The position numbers and the translations under genes are program-made. DNA of 63,473 bases, counting the filler, from Pirum gemmata (taxonomy: Eukaryota): assembly GCA_002812295.1 (NCBI GenBank). It is 18 parts of 18 records of this genome, joined end to end, with 100 filler letters (N's around TTAATTAATTAA, not from the genome) between each part and the next. Parts side by side here need not be neighbours in the genome. Positions count along the whole stretch, not along the records: positions 10,134 to 13,388 come from PDIN01002907.1; positions 13,489 to 16,772 come from PDIN01002908.1; positions 16,873 to 20,160 come from PDIN01002909.1; positions 20,261 to 23,571 come from PDIN01002910.1; positions 23,672 to 26,940 come from PDIN01002911.1; 13 more parts are not named here. The stretch is one strand, 5' to 3'. Positions 11,214-25,569 of the stretch are shown one piece after another. A model generated the notes under the pieces. That model had not been told where the DNA came from. It did no database searches and worked only from the letters and a program-made list of their open reading frames with translations. How positions within the stretch are numbered: position 1 is the stretch's first letter; each line of letters begins with the position of its first letter.

Positions 11214-14200
11214 TATAGATAGATCCGGTTCCAATTTCCTAACTTCCAGCTTTCGCTTGGATTTTAAAAAAAATTAATTAGGCATTTTCAGTAGGGGGGG
11301 AGATGACGTCATTTTATTATTACCGAATAGCTACCGGAACTTTTCCGATTTTTATGGTTTTGTTACTATTAATGTTAATATAATTACTTTAATTGGTATC
11401 TATTATAATTAGATTTACTATTTTAAGCTATGTAACTGCTGTTATTAGTAAGAACACGGAACTAAGATTGGCTCGATAAGCATCTGTTCGAAAAAAGTTC
11501 CAGTATCATAGATATCTCTAGTATTTCTTAGTTAGGGAACATTCATACAGGACGTCACTTATTCTTTGATAGAAGTCATTGCTCGAAAGTGTGACTTAAA
11601 CTGTTTTAGGCAGTAATTAATTATTAAAATGAACTTTAAAATCATGACCAAAAGTGTTTTGGGCAAAGAGGCATAGGTAAGAATAGAACTTGTCTATAGG
11701 GTAAAATAGAACATTTTAAAAGTATAAAATACTAAATTAATTAAAATGTGCCCGATAGTTAACCATAATAATTGGGTAATTTTTGAACTGGAAAACTAGA
11801 CTCTATTATTTTTTAAAATATGATAGTAAAAAACACGGAACTAAGGTTGGCTCGATATTAAAGCATAGACTATGTTCGAAAAAAGTTCTAGTAGATATCT
11901 CACCCCTACTCCTCAGACTCAGTAGTCTGAGTAGTGAGATAACGTCATTTTATCATTACCGAACAGCTGCCAGAACTTTTCCAATTTTTATAGTTTTTAT
12001 TACTATTAATGTTAATATTGTTGCTTTAATTAGTATCTACTATAATTAGATTTACTATTTTAAGCTATTTAACTGCTATTATTAGTAAGAAATACGGAAC
12101 ATAGATATCTCATTCCTCAGGCTCAGTAGTCTGGAAGAGTTCTGGAAGCCTGTTCTGGAAGACTTCTGGAAGTATAGTTAAATTACTGTTAAATTCTTAC
12201 TAAAATAGTAAACAAGAATGTTTTGCATACATACAGTTATACATACCGTATCTCCTGATTCTCTTGAATCTCTTCACTTCTCTTCCCAAACTGAAAAACT
12301 GAAAAACAGTGAACAGTTCAGTGAACACTACTACACTACTATCTTAGTTGTTTTGTCATTTATATGATATATATATATATAATAAAATTTTAAATACTAT
12401 ATAAATAGTATAGAACAATAGAGTTGAATAGACTATCCATATATCTAGCTAGTGTTAGGCCCTACCAAGCTAACTGGGGTTAGCTAGACCCTATTACTAT
12501 GAATAGCTAGCTAGCTAGCACTAATTCTAACCCTAATCATGTAATAATGATAATAATAATGATAATAATGATGATATGATAATAATATGATATATAAAAT
12601 AATAATAATATATAATTATTAATAATTAATAACAATATAATAATAGTTCTACCATAATTATAATTTATCATAAATTTATATACTAAAAACCTACCCCTAG
12701 TAGTAGTAGTTAGTATACTGTTAGTACCCCCATGGTAAAATCATCATAATGATTTCTGCAGTTAAAAAAAAACAATTTATATAGATTATAGACACGTTTT
12801 TTTTTTTTTTTACATGAGGGCTCGTTTAATACCATTACTAAAACAACTTACTATTGATAGTTTATTTATTATTATACAATTTGCAACAACTACAAGAATA
12901 TTCTTATGAGTATATATTTGATAAGCAGATTTGACAATATATATATGCCCCTTTGCCCAAAACACTTTTGGTCATAATTTTAAAGTTCATTTTAATAATC
13001 AATTACTGCCTAAAACAGTTTAAGTCACACTTTCGAGCAATGACTTCTATCAAAGAATATTANACGTCCTTTATGAATGTTCCTTTTTTTGACCGGTACA
13101 GTTGCTTTCTCAATATTTAATTTGGTACTGTTTAAGTGTATAATTGAACTTTTTTATAAAATACAACATTAAGTATAAAATACCCAATTAATTAAAACAT
13201 GTCTGATAATAATAATTTGGTACATTTATTTCAGTTTTTGAACTGGACATCACTATTGAAAAACACGATAAAGATTTATGAGAAAATAATATGATAATAA
13301 TAATAAAAACAAAAACTAAAATACAATATTAATGCTTACCCTAACCCTAAACCTAACCCTAACCCTAACCCTAACTAACCCTAACCCTNNNNNNNNNNNN
13401 NNNNNNNNNNNNNNNNNNNNNNNNNNNNNNNNTTAATTAATTAANNNNNNNNNNNNNNNNNNNNNNNNNNNNNNNNNNNNNNNNNNNNTTTATAAAAAAA
13501 AAAAAAAAAAAATGTGTGTCATTGTGTGAATCAGTGTGATGTTCCGATCGGACTAATCGGAAACGCCAGATAAATCTGTGGAAACCATTTTTTTTTCTAA
13601 AAACCATTTTTTAAAATGATAACTAGCCAATTTTTTTAAAAAACCTGACCATTGGTTCATAATAGAGTTTTATTAGTTAGACTATTTTTCAAATTTTGGT
13701 AGTACTTTTGTTTTTTTTAAAAAAAATTGGAGCATTTTGAGTTTTTTTTTTTTTTTTTTGAGGGTGTCGTTTATTAGACTATCCATGACGCTGACTTGTT
13801 TGTATTTACGTTACTGTTATGATATTTTAAATTATGTTTTAAATACTACCGCTAGTATTAACGCTAGCTAGCTAGTATCACTGATATTGTGCTTTTCATT
13901 TATTATGTCAATCCAAAAATTTATTTGGTTGGTTATGTTATTTAAATTTGGCTTTTTTTTTAAAAATGAATNAAATGGATTTATATTGTATTAATTTGGT
14001 ACTCTTTTTTGTATATTTTATGATGACAAAACAACTTAAAAGCACGATAATAACGCAATAAATATACATGGCTATACTATAGCTATATGATAATATAGTC
14101 TATATATTTTAGATTTTATCATCTTGGAAGACCCTTTATAAAATTAATTAGTAACTCGATGTTTATGGGTCATTATGACTAATCGAATTCAAAAAAAAAT

Positions 14201-17200
14201 AAGCCAATACGAGGTTGAAACAAACTTGAAACAAACAAACTTTGTTTTTGAATTTTCATAGCATCATTATCATTATTACCCATTCTATATAAACATGTAT
14301 ATTTTGTTGCTAAATTGTCACTTTAATTCCACAAAATCCAAACTAAAGCAACAAAAATTAAATTTCTCTCCAAATTTTTTATTTTTTATTCCAAATTGGG
14401 AATTTTTGGGAATTTTTGGGAATTTTTTGAGTATCATTATTATCATTATTATTAGTATTATAATTCATAATTATCATTATTACTATCATTATTATTATAA
14501 GAAGGTCTAAGTAGCGGTACAACAGTGTACGAAATTGATCCTTGCATTGCTTTTATTAATTAACATTAATTATTTTAATAATAATAATAATGATGATGAT
14601 GATACTTGATGATAATAATGGCAATGATAGTATTAATAACGATATATAACTACAACTGTGATGACTACTGCTACTACTTCTACTGCTAAAGCTAATATTA
14701 ATGCTGCTAACAATAATAACATATGATAATAATTATATATATTAATATTAAAATTTGGCCATTCTTTCTGCTCAGATCATGAGCAAAACCAATCATCGGA
14801 AACCATTACCTGCAATAAGTACTAATATCATGATGATTATTGGAGTAATAGTAAACGAATTAAGGTGGGTAATTAATATATTAGTATATATATCTGATGA
14901 TATTATCTGAGAATATAATAAACAATCATTTATAAACATATCTGTAACAATTATTAATATCTGTAATAATTATAAGTATCATGATGATTATTATGTAGTA
15001 ATAGTAAACGAATTAAGGTAGGTAATTAATATAGCTGGTGATATTATTAAGCAATATTTTATATGTCGTTCGGAGTCGGGTCTTAAAATTAATACTATTA
15101 TAAAATTAAAGGTGTTTATTAAAATTGACAAAGAAAAAACTAAAATTATTATTTTCTTGTTGTAGAAATTTTATATGAATAAATTTTCACTTTCAAATAA
15201 GATATTTTTTCTCTTTTTTACTTTTGTTATAGAGTCATACTCTGTCACTTACAATTTACTCAATTGACATTATGCTACCTACTTGTTATTCGGAACCAAA
15301 ATTATATCCATAATTTGACTCACTACCACCATCCTGTTATAATAAACTATATTATTTACTTAACCTACCTAATGTTTTTCTCTATTGTTATTCCTATTTC
15401 AATACTATGAACAACATATTATATTAAAAAAAAATAATACTATTATAAAATTAAAGGTGTTTATTAAAATTGACAAGATTTTCTTGTTGTAGAAATCCTA
15501 CTTGTTATTCGGAACCAAAATTATATCCATAATTTGACTAATTTATCCCCGAAAATAAATAATGAGCCAATTAGAAGTCAATTAGACTATTATTAAAATG
15601 CAGGTTTTGGCTAGCAGGTTTTGGCCTGGGCTTCCCATAAAAAATAGACTATATTATTTTAAAAATTAAATAATTTTTTGGTTTGATTTACTCCGAAAGT
15701 ATCAAATTATAAATATATATAGTTAAGTATTCATCAGTATTAAATTGATTATTATTGAAAAATTTCGCAAACCATACATATATATAATAATGTATTAATT
15801 AATATATATATATAGTAACAAACCCTAACAGTAATACAACCCTAATAATAACACTTACTATTAATACTTGACCACCACACCCTAACCCTAACCCTAACGC
15901 GGCTAGAGGAAAACAGTTGAGTTATAATACTGGGTTCTCGTTTATTTCGGACGGATCTTATTAATTGTAAAAACACTAATTTATATTAATATATAAATTT
16001 AGGGTTTTGAAAGGTGCAGGGCTCATGTTTAAGGCTAGCTATATATAATATTATATAGGGTTAGGTTTAGGTTTAAGTTTGGAGGGTTAGGGTTAGGGTT
16101 AGGGTTAGGGTTAGGGTTATTATTAGGGTTTTAATTAAGGTCAGGATCGATTAGTATTAGGATTAGGGTTAGGCTGTGTTAGCTATAAGTTATCTGGTTA
16201 GGATTAAGTTTTAGGCAAGGGTTATCTTTAGGGATAGGGTTAATACTTAGGTTCGGGTTAGGGTTATGGGTTAGGGTAAGAATAAGGGTTAGGGTTAGGG
16301 TTAGGTTAAAGTTAACTGTATGATATACACCAACGTCACTGTTTACAAAGTGGTATTTATAAATAGTTATTAACATATATATTATTTATAGCACAGTATG
16401 CAAGTGTCACAGTGCTGAGTGGTGTTTAAATTACTAAATAAAGTATTTTTTAAAAAATATATAATACTGCTATATACGATATTAGGACATTGATTCTCAG
16501 TATTTATTTTTTATTTATTTATTTACTAGAATGTATTTTATACATTATAAATATTTTTTTAAAAAAAGTGTAGCTGCAACACCTTGGTTGCAACAACATA
16601 GAAATATGGGTTCGACTTTCTAACTAAAAAAATAATTTTAACCAGAATAGAAAAGAAAAGCCTTGAAAAACAATAAACAAATTTTTTTCTATTATAGCAA
16701 TTTTTTTTTGTTTTTTTCGTAGTAGTAGTAGTAGTAGTAGTATTTAGGGTTAGGGTTAGGGTTAGGGTTAGGNNNNNNNNNNNNNNNNNNNNNNNNNNNN
16801 NNNNNNNNNNNNNNNNTTAATTAATTAANNNNNNNNNNNNNNNNNNNNNNNNNNNNNNNNNNNNNNNNNNNNCTAACCCTAACCCTAACCCTAACCTTAT
16901 CCCTAACCCTAACCCTTACCCCTAACCCTAACCCTAACCCTATTTTGAGAACAATTTGTTAGTCCAGAGTTCATAGAGATGCAGGAAAAATCATCGAAAT
17001 CTAGACTAGTTCGAAACTTTCGAAATTTTTCGATCTAATTTTAAGTACCTTGGTATTGATTCACTTTTGAAAAAAATTCTTAGAAGATTCATAGAAAAAC
17101 TTGAAACTCGAAAAAAAAAAGAATATCATTTCAAAATTGTCATTATTTTTTTTTAGAAATAATTAGGATCGAGCTGTTTGATTCAATTATATGTTTTCCC

Positions 17201-17949
17201 AAGCCAATAAAAACGTATGTTTTGATCATTCCAAAATTGATTATTGATTATTAACTGATAAAGGAATTAATAACTTCCAAATTAGGCCTTTTCAACTTTT
17301 TAATGGGTAGAATTTCTAAAAAGGTAAAATAATCTTTTTTTTTTAATCCTCCCTGCAAAAAAATAAAAGCAAGCTTTCAAAAATTTAATTCATTAATAAT
17401 TACTTATGTTCGAACTTTTGAAAAAATAATATCATGAGTCGACTATGGGTAAAAAAAAATATGGGAAACTGAAAATAAATTAAAAATCAGTTAAAAATTT
17501 TAGGGCGGAATACTGCGGAATGCGAAGAGATATCTACTGGAACTTTTTTCGAACAGATGCTTATCGAGCCAACCTTAGTTCCGTGTTTCTTACTAATAAT
17601 GGCAGTTAAATAGCTTAAAATAGTAAATCTAATTATAGTAGATACCAAAAAAAGTAATAATATTAACATTAATAGTAATAAAACCATAAATAGTAGTTAT
17701 CAAATGAAGTAATACTATTAACATTAATAGTAATAAAACCATAAATAGTAGTTATCAAATGAAGTAATACTATTAACATTAATAGTAATAAAAACCATAA
17801 AATCGGAAAAGTTGTGGCAGTTGTTCGGTAATAACAAAATGACGTCATCTCACCCCTACTGATTTCTAATACATCATAATGATGTATAATTGACCAATAA
17901 ACTACCAATAATTACTTGGTCAATTAATATCGCAATTATTCATCATAAT

Positions 17950-18220
17950 GATGTTTGTTGTTTGTTGTTTATTGTTTGTTGCTTGTTGTTTATTGTTTGT
18001 TGTTTGTTGTTTGTTGTTTTTTGTTTGCTGTTTGTTGTTTGTTGTTTGTTGTTTGTTGTTTGTTGTTTATTGTTTGTTGTTTGTTGTTTGTTGTTTGTTG
18101 TTTGCTGTTTGTTGTTTGCTGTTTNTTTGTTGTTTGTTGTTTGTTGTTTGTTGTTTGTTGTTTGTTTGTTGTTTGTTGTTTGTTGTTTGTTGATTGTTGT
18201 TTGTTGTTTGTTGTTTGTTA
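17950..18220. repeat. (TTGTTTGTTG)n microsatellite
   Basis: Direct reading; explains the CCLLFVV ORFs in three frames. Confidence 0.95.
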
Positions 18221-19119
18221 TACAATATTAATGAAGCACCTACTGACCTAAACCACTCCTATAATAATCTGAGTCCTAAACTCAAAATTTTACTTGAGAA
18301 TTTTATATTTTTTTACACATGAAATACTGTGAAATATGTGGAAAGATTCATTGCTGCTTATATTATTTTTTTCTCTTGTTATATATTATAATTGTATAAT
18401 ATATATTATATTGGTACTTTCAACTTTATAAAAGTGGTTATTTTCAAATGAAAAAATAAATAATAAACATACAAGAACATACCAGAGTAATTAATATTAA
18501 TTAAAATGTATCAAATAGATTCAAAATAGTACTAATTTGATACTTATTTATTATTGTATATTTTATCATGTCAAAATTATTATTATTATTATTAATTATT
18601 ATTATATTAATATTACTATTATATAATACGATAATTTATTTATTTAGAATAAAAATAAAATTAAAAAATTAAAATCTAACTAACTTTAAACTTTGTAGGG
18701 GGGTTTCAATTTCACAGCAACTAATTCCCTGGTAGTTTATAACTAGTTTCAAAAAAAAAAAAACATTTATCAAGTATTATTTAAAATCCATCAATTAACC
18801 TATAGCTAATTCTAAATTTAATAAAATCCTAATCTGTTATCATCATTATAACATTTAAATTTGTATGTGCATAATAATCATAACCCTGACGCACCCTAAC
18901 CCAACCTTGATTATAGCCCTAACCTTCAAATTATTATCTCTATAGCTAAACGTACAGATTTTTAAATGGTAATCTACAATATAACAGAGCTAATAACACT
19001 TTATTAGCCATAACGACTGACAATTTACAAAATAATATTCACAATATTATACAACTTCTATCTTTTTCTGACATTCACATCTAAGTTTCTACTATTTATA
19101 CATTTATAACTCTATCACA

Positions 19120-19620
19120 CTGAATTTACATTCTTCCAGAATATTCTGAATTCCTTCAACTTATCATGTAATACTTGTTATCATCTTATTTATACATTTA
19201 TAACTCTATCACACCGAATACAATGTCATACATACTCTCAATACACAAGTGCTTTTAAGACTGTACCCAATACCAATTCACTATAATTATCCACTTTGTC
19301 TTCAGCCTTCCACTATAAGCAAGTATTAACGTCTATGCCTGTAAATATATCCCTTCAACAGGGCCTCAGTAGTGCCACAGCATTCTTTCAAGGCTCTTTA
19401 AAAACTCGGATCAATCAAAACCCCTTTATAGTTTCGCATGTCCACACTATAAGCAAGTGTTAACGTCCATGCCTGTAAATATATCCCTTCAACAGGACCT
19501 CAGTAGTGCCACAGCATTCTTTCAAGGCTCTCTAAAAACTCGGATCAATCAAAACCCCTTTATAGTTTCGCATGTCCCAACTTAATAAATATTGCCCACT
19601 TAAAGTATGATACCAATATT
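19120..19620 (-). pseudogene. Degenerate non-LTR (LINE) reverse transcriptase C-terminal remnant with a ~130-bp tandem duplication
   Basis: Minus frame RNYKGVLIDPSF*RALKECCG...LLKGYIYR resembles the YLGVxIDxxL motif at the end of LINE RT domains. 19311-19442 is duplicated at ~19446-19577. Confidence 0.4.
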
Positions 19621-20461
19621 ATATAATATCATTTCTCCACCATCCGAATACTTTGACTAAAATTCATAATCCAATATTAATCGAATTCTCCACCATTCAG
19701 ATAATATATACTTTAAAATTAACTAAAATCGTACAACATTAATCTAAAATTTCCACCACTGTTTCGATCACATGTGCACACATTAATAACTCCATCAATA
19801 TGTCTACAAATATAACACTTCAATTGGACATTAATAACTCTACCATAATTATGTTTACAAAATTTCTTCTTTATCCTGGGAAGTAGTATTGGAAACAATA
19901 ACGATATGGCTAACCAACTAGAACTGTGTTTAACGGAAAATCCAGATTACCGGATCAGCAAAGATATTCTTTGATTCTAATCAGATATAATAATGTAACC
20001 TAATCCTAATCATAATCTTAACCCTAATATATATATTATACCAACGCTAATGATACTGCTAATGCCAATGCTACTGCTACTACTAATGCTAATGCTATTG
20101 CTAATATTACTTGATTTATTATTATTATTATTATTATTCATATTATTATTATTATTATTANNNNNNNNNNNNNNNNNNNNNNNNNNNNNNNNNNNNNNNN
20201 NNNNTTAATTAATTAANNNNNNNNNNNNNNNNNNNNNNNNNNNNNNNNNNNNNNNNNNNNAATTAAAAATAAATAATAATAAATAATATTATATAATAAT
20301 AAATAATAATAAATAATAATAAATAATAAATAATAATAAATAATATTAATAATTAAAATAAGAATAATAAGAATAATAAACAATAATAAACAATATAATA
20401 TATAATTATAATAAATAATAAACAATAACAATAAATATAATAAAAAACAATAACAATAATA

Positions 20462-21082
20462 ATGAAAATTACCAACATCATTCTTTCCTTAGCTTTTTTA
20501 GCTTGTTATGACAATATAAGTAGTTGTAAAGTTAATGCAGCTCCAACTACTTTAGCTACTAGTAGCAGCAGTACTAACACTCAAGAACTTAATGGTGATG
20601 ATGATGATGATGAAATGACTTACACCGAATTGTTTTGGGAAATGCATAATAATTTAATGTGTGCCGCATCGCATTGTTGTTTTGGTTCAAGGGTGAAACC
20701 AACGACTGTAGTAGCTCAAAGACAACTACAGGCGTTAAGAGAAAAAGTAATTAACAGTAGAAAGTTAAGTGTACAACAAAAAATTGCAATTTTAAAAGAA
20801 TGTTCAAAGTCGAATGATAATAGTGGGAATGACAATGAGAATGAGAATGATATTGAGCGATTATTTGAAACTTCAGAAACTGTTGATGAATATGAACATG
20901 ATGGTAATGATAATGGTAGTAGTGTTGAGACAGAAAAACAAACAGTGGAACAATTTCGTATTAGTACTCCTAGTAGTAATGGTGGATATGATCAATATCG
21001 TATTGATACTCCTATAGCTTACTCTCCTAGCACTCATGATGAGCATCAATATTTTCCTGTTGTTACTGATGATGATTATTAA
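20462..21082 (+). CDS. Secreted orphan protein, 206 aa, acidic C-terminal half
   Basis: Intronless ORF with signal-peptide-like N-terminus MKITNIILSLAFLAC and a (QF/QY)RI(S/D)TP repeat. Confidence 0.8.
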   Translation: MKITNIILSLAFLACYDNISSCKVNAAPTTLATSSSSTNTQELNGDDDDDEMTYTELFWEMHNNLMCAASHCCFGSRVKPTTVVAQRQLQALREKVINSRKLSVQQKIAILKECSKSNDNSGNDNENENDIERLFETSETVDEYEHDGNDNGSSVETEKQTVEQFRISTPSSNGGYDQYRIDTPIAYSPSTHDEHQYFPVVTDDDY

Positions 21083-21099
21083 TTGTTATAATATTATTA

Positions 21100-21151
<52 letters not shown>

Positions 21152-21904
21152 CACTATATGTAACCGCTCAAAAGTGGCCTTGTCTTGGGTGATTGGTGAC
21201 GGTGACGGTAGGGGTTTACAACTGTTTTCGGCTAATGATCGATAGGGCTTCACTTGTTTTTGTTTTCCTTCAACAGAACTGGTCAACAGAATTTTTTTTT
21301 ATATAGATTGCCATTTTAATGGCTTAGATTACAATCTGAAAGCTTATTTATAAGTTTCATCTGATANNNNNNNNNNNNNNNNNNNNNNNNNNNNNNNNNN
21401 NNNNNNNNNNNNNNNNNNNNNNNNNNNNNNNNNNNNNNNNNNNNNNNNNNNNNNNNNNGAAAACTCGAATTTCTGCGGTCAAAAAAAAAAAAAAAAGCTA
21501 ATCAGCCCTGTTCGAACCATTTTTTCGGGGTTATAAATAAATAAATAAATATATTTGAATACTTAACTGTTAGCTTTAAATTTTCGAACTTATTTAATTA
21601 ATGTATAGGCTCGAAAATTCGATGTAAAGGCTCGAAAATTCGATTTTAATTAATGTATAGGCTCGAAAATTCGATTTTTTAAAACAGAGCATAATTGTAG
21701 AAGCCTGGTTTCAATGCCTTCATATCGTGCTTTTCAGTTATTTTGTCACAATAGAATACGCAGTAATAAATACCAAATTAATACCATATCAAATTTATTT
21801 GATACAATTTAATTAACTTGGCGTGTTTAATAATTTATATTTCAATTTAAAATAACCACATTTATAAACTTAAAAGTACCAAATAAATAATCTAAGTGAC
21901 ACCG

Positions 21905-23030
21905 AGAAAGAAAATTTAACCTCGTTGGTATTTCTAGTTATTAATTAATATAAATAAGCAGAAATAAGTCATTTTCATTTTTCTTTGCCAGGTTTTGCCC
22001 TTTATCATAATGACCGGGCCAGGGGTTTACGGGGTTAGGGAACTGGTTAGGGTTATGCATATGGGGTTTAGACGAGGTTACGAGGTTACGGGTTACGGGT
22101 TACGGGTTACGGGTTACGGGTTAGAAGTTCTGGGTTAGGGGTTAATTATCGAGAAAGAAAATAATTTTAATATCGTTAGTATCACCACTTACTTACGTAT
22201 ACATACTGATATAATTAATATTTCTAGTTAATAAATAAGTCATTTTCATTTTTGTTTGCCCTTTATCATAATGACTGGAAGTTGTAATGCCTTCCTCTAT
22301 ATATTAATGAGAAAGAAATTTTAACCTCGTTAGTATCACCACTTACATATATACTGATATAATGTTTCTAGTTAATGGCACTGTTTTTCAAAGCAACGAA
22401 ACTGGTGGAGTTAGCTGTAGAGAAACTAGTCTGTATTTTCATATAATGTTTTGATTTTTTCAAAAGCATGGGTAGTGATAATAGTGCAGGAAGAATGTGC
22501 AGGAGAAGCGCAGGGTATAGTGCAGGGAGAAAAAACAAAAAAAAAAATCCATCAAGATTTGGTTTTATTTTTTGTATGCAATAGACTAATATAGCTGTTT
22601 TGGAAAAAGAAGAAAAATAGTATTTTCCTTTTTTCGTTAATTTTGAGATTAGTAATTGATTAATTACGGTGATTGTAATATATATTATTATATTAATGTT
22701 GTGTGTAGTAATAGTAGTAGTTATATTTATATCTGATAGTGTGGTTTCTTTTTAGTTGTATGATTATGATTTATATTGTTAAAATTTTTCTTTGCCCTTT
22801 ATCATAATGACCGGACCAATACCCAAGAAATTTCAACCTCGTTATTATCACCACTTACATACTGACTTAATTAATATTTCTAGTTAATAAATAAGTTATT
22901 TTCATTTTTCTTTGGGCTTTATCATAATGGCTGGACTAATACCCAGTTTCAATTATATTATGGCTTTCTCTATTATCGAGAAAGAAAATTTAACCTCGTT
23001 AATTAAAATATCACCACTTCCACACTGGCA
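21905..23030. repeat. Locally repeated ~130-bp unit (about five degenerate copies) interrupted by a (TTACGG/TTAGGG)n tract
   Basis: Recurrent GAGAAAGAAAATTTAACCTCGTT...ATCACCACTT...TTTGCCCTTTATCATAATGACCGG. Confidence 0.75.
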
Positions 23031-23969
23031 TCTTTTATTATTAGAAAATGTTGCTTACTTCTATAGCTCTTATTAAGCCTAACTAAGATTTTTCATTTGG
23101 CAATAATTATAAATTTTCTGATTTATTATTAAATTTTAGTATTTTTTCATTATTATTAAATTTCATAAATGTTATAATAACGTTGCTATTATTATTAATC
23201 ATTACATATTATGTTCGATTTTTACAAGCTATATATTATGTTTGATTTTTACTAGCTATATATTATATTTGCTTTTTACTAGCTATATGTTATGTTCGAT
23301 TTTTACAAAAAAATATATGAAGACTAAGTTGAGTTAAGATATGGATATTGTTGTATTGTTGTATGTACATTTTAATTATAATAATAATAATAGAATTAAT
23401 AATAATTAATTAATAATAATACTAATACTAATAATAATTGTAATAATTATAATACAATAATAATATTAATTATTAATATTAATAACAATAATAACAAGAA
23501 TAATAATATTAATAATAAAATATATTTTTTTGTAAAAATCGAACATAACATATAGCTAGTAAAAAGCAAATNNNNNNNNNNNNNNNNNNNNNNNNNNNNN
23601 NNNNNNNNNNNNNNNTTAATTAATTAANNNNNNNNNNNNNNNNNNNNNNNNNNNNNNNNNNNNNNNNNNNNTAACCATAACCATAACCATAACCATAACC
23701 ATAACCATAACCGATAACCGATAACCGATAACTATAGCCATAACCATAAGTTACTATAGTCTGCAATAAAAGCTGTATTTGTAAAATGTACTCCTAACTC
23801 ATACAATAAGTAGTGAACACTTTAACCTGAACCACTCATTACACAATGGGAATTATATATAGATCAAAGTCTGATATATGTATTTATATGTAGATCTTTT
23901 ATATCATATAGTCCTTGCAATTGTGATTTAATTTTGATTTTGATTTTGGGTTTGTGTTTTATTAAACAG

Positions 23970-25569
23970 AATTGATGATTTGATTAACGAAACTATTCTC
24001 TTGTATTCCGAGTACAAATTTTTGTACGAAAAATTTTGTGCTTCTATAGGAGAGGTATTTTTTTTTTTCTTTCTTTTTTTCTTTGTTTTTTTTTCTCGTA
24101 TTTTTTTAATAAAGACTTTGGTTATAGTAGAATATTTGAATTGAGAAGTGCTGATAAAATGTACACTATTAATTTTAATACAATGTCCAAACAACATTTG
24201 CTGATAGTAGCAATACTATTATGAATAGTGCTCCTACCTACTCACACTAACACAATTATTTGTCTTTCAGGGACATATATATTTTTCTAAAGCACAGTAC
24301 ACAAGTGGATTACGATCTATATCGCACCTCAATATACCGCAAACTGTTGAGCCATCGTTTCTAGTAGACCTGTAAGTTTTTTGCTAATTAGACTCTCTTT
24401 ACAACGAACACAAAACTAAAATCAACTTCTGACTCCACACCAAGTCTACATTCTTAACAATTACCTAAACCTAAACACAAGCCTGAATCTACCAGTACTG
24501 TTACTCGAGAATCTATAACCCATTAACAACAATACAAAGTTAATAATCCTGGCCTTGACAATAACAAGAACAAGAACAAAGGTACAAGCTTAATCACAAA
24601 CATTTGGTTACCCTTCTAATGCATCCGTCTATTTCGATACGAAACTAATAAGTCTTCCTTATCTTCGCGTATTTTCCTCTTTGAATAATAAAAATCGCTA
24701 ACCTAACTTTTTTATCCTAATATTGTTATATTAATTGATATTTATAACCTTATTAACCTTATATATTTCCTTCTTCACTTTATACGGGGGTTAATAGTAC
24801 AGATGATAACTATCTGATAAAACAAAAAAAGAATCAAGAAATAGGAATCACAGAAAAAATAGAAAGTGAATCTATATCACAAAACACCACATTAACTCGC
24901 GAAGAAAGCAATCACAATGATTCAAAACGAATTTCTAACCCTGGATTAAGAAGGCGTATTGTGACTAGCGCTAATGATGTTGATAAAGAATGTTGTACAA
25001 TTAAAGATTATAATACAAACGAAGAAAAGGATGATGTAGATGATGAGAATCACACAGATAAAATAGATGAAATAAAACAACAAACCAAAGACAGAAAAGA
25101 AAAAAGGAAGAATCCTTTAAATTGGCATGGTGTTTTGGTACCCAGGGATTTGCGTTATTCACAGAAAAAATTTCTTGAAGGTATACTTGTTTTTTATTTG
25201 TTAATATCTTTTAACTATGCTTATTTGGGTTGGCGCATGGCTTTTTTTTCTTATTATTATTATTGCTTTTCACTTTTGTTGTTCAAAACAAGCAAACAAA
25301 AAAACTGCGAACTTATCATTATGCATACCAAAAAATGTACACAATCTCATTAATATCATCATGTTGTCATGAATTTCTATAAAATCATATAACAACTTTC
25401 CCCTCGTCTCTGATTCCATTAACAACTAACCACTTTCTTATATACACACGTATAACAAATAGCAACATCGATTTCCCTGGAATTGGCGTCTTTGAAAATC
25501 CGTATTTCTGATAATATAATACAATGCGAAAACTTACGACAAACGTTAAAACAAAGCGATCTTGAATGA
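23970..25569 (+). CDS. CCDC115: Vacuolar ATPase assembly factor CCDC115/Vma22 (first exon not identified)
   Basis: Phase-consistent exons 23970-24054, 24271-24371, 24798-25180, 25463-25569. They give IDDLINETILLY..GEGHIYFSKAQYTSG..GLRRR..NPLNWHGVLVPRDLRYSQKKFLEATSISLELASLKIRI, matching the family motif PLxWFGxLVPxxLRxAQxxF. Confidence 0.85.

Noticed and set aside
14755..14812. Possible exon ending FCS-TGA (selenoprotein) or C/D snoRNA
   Set aside because: Too short, with no recognisable SECIS, partner exons or adequate C-D spacing.
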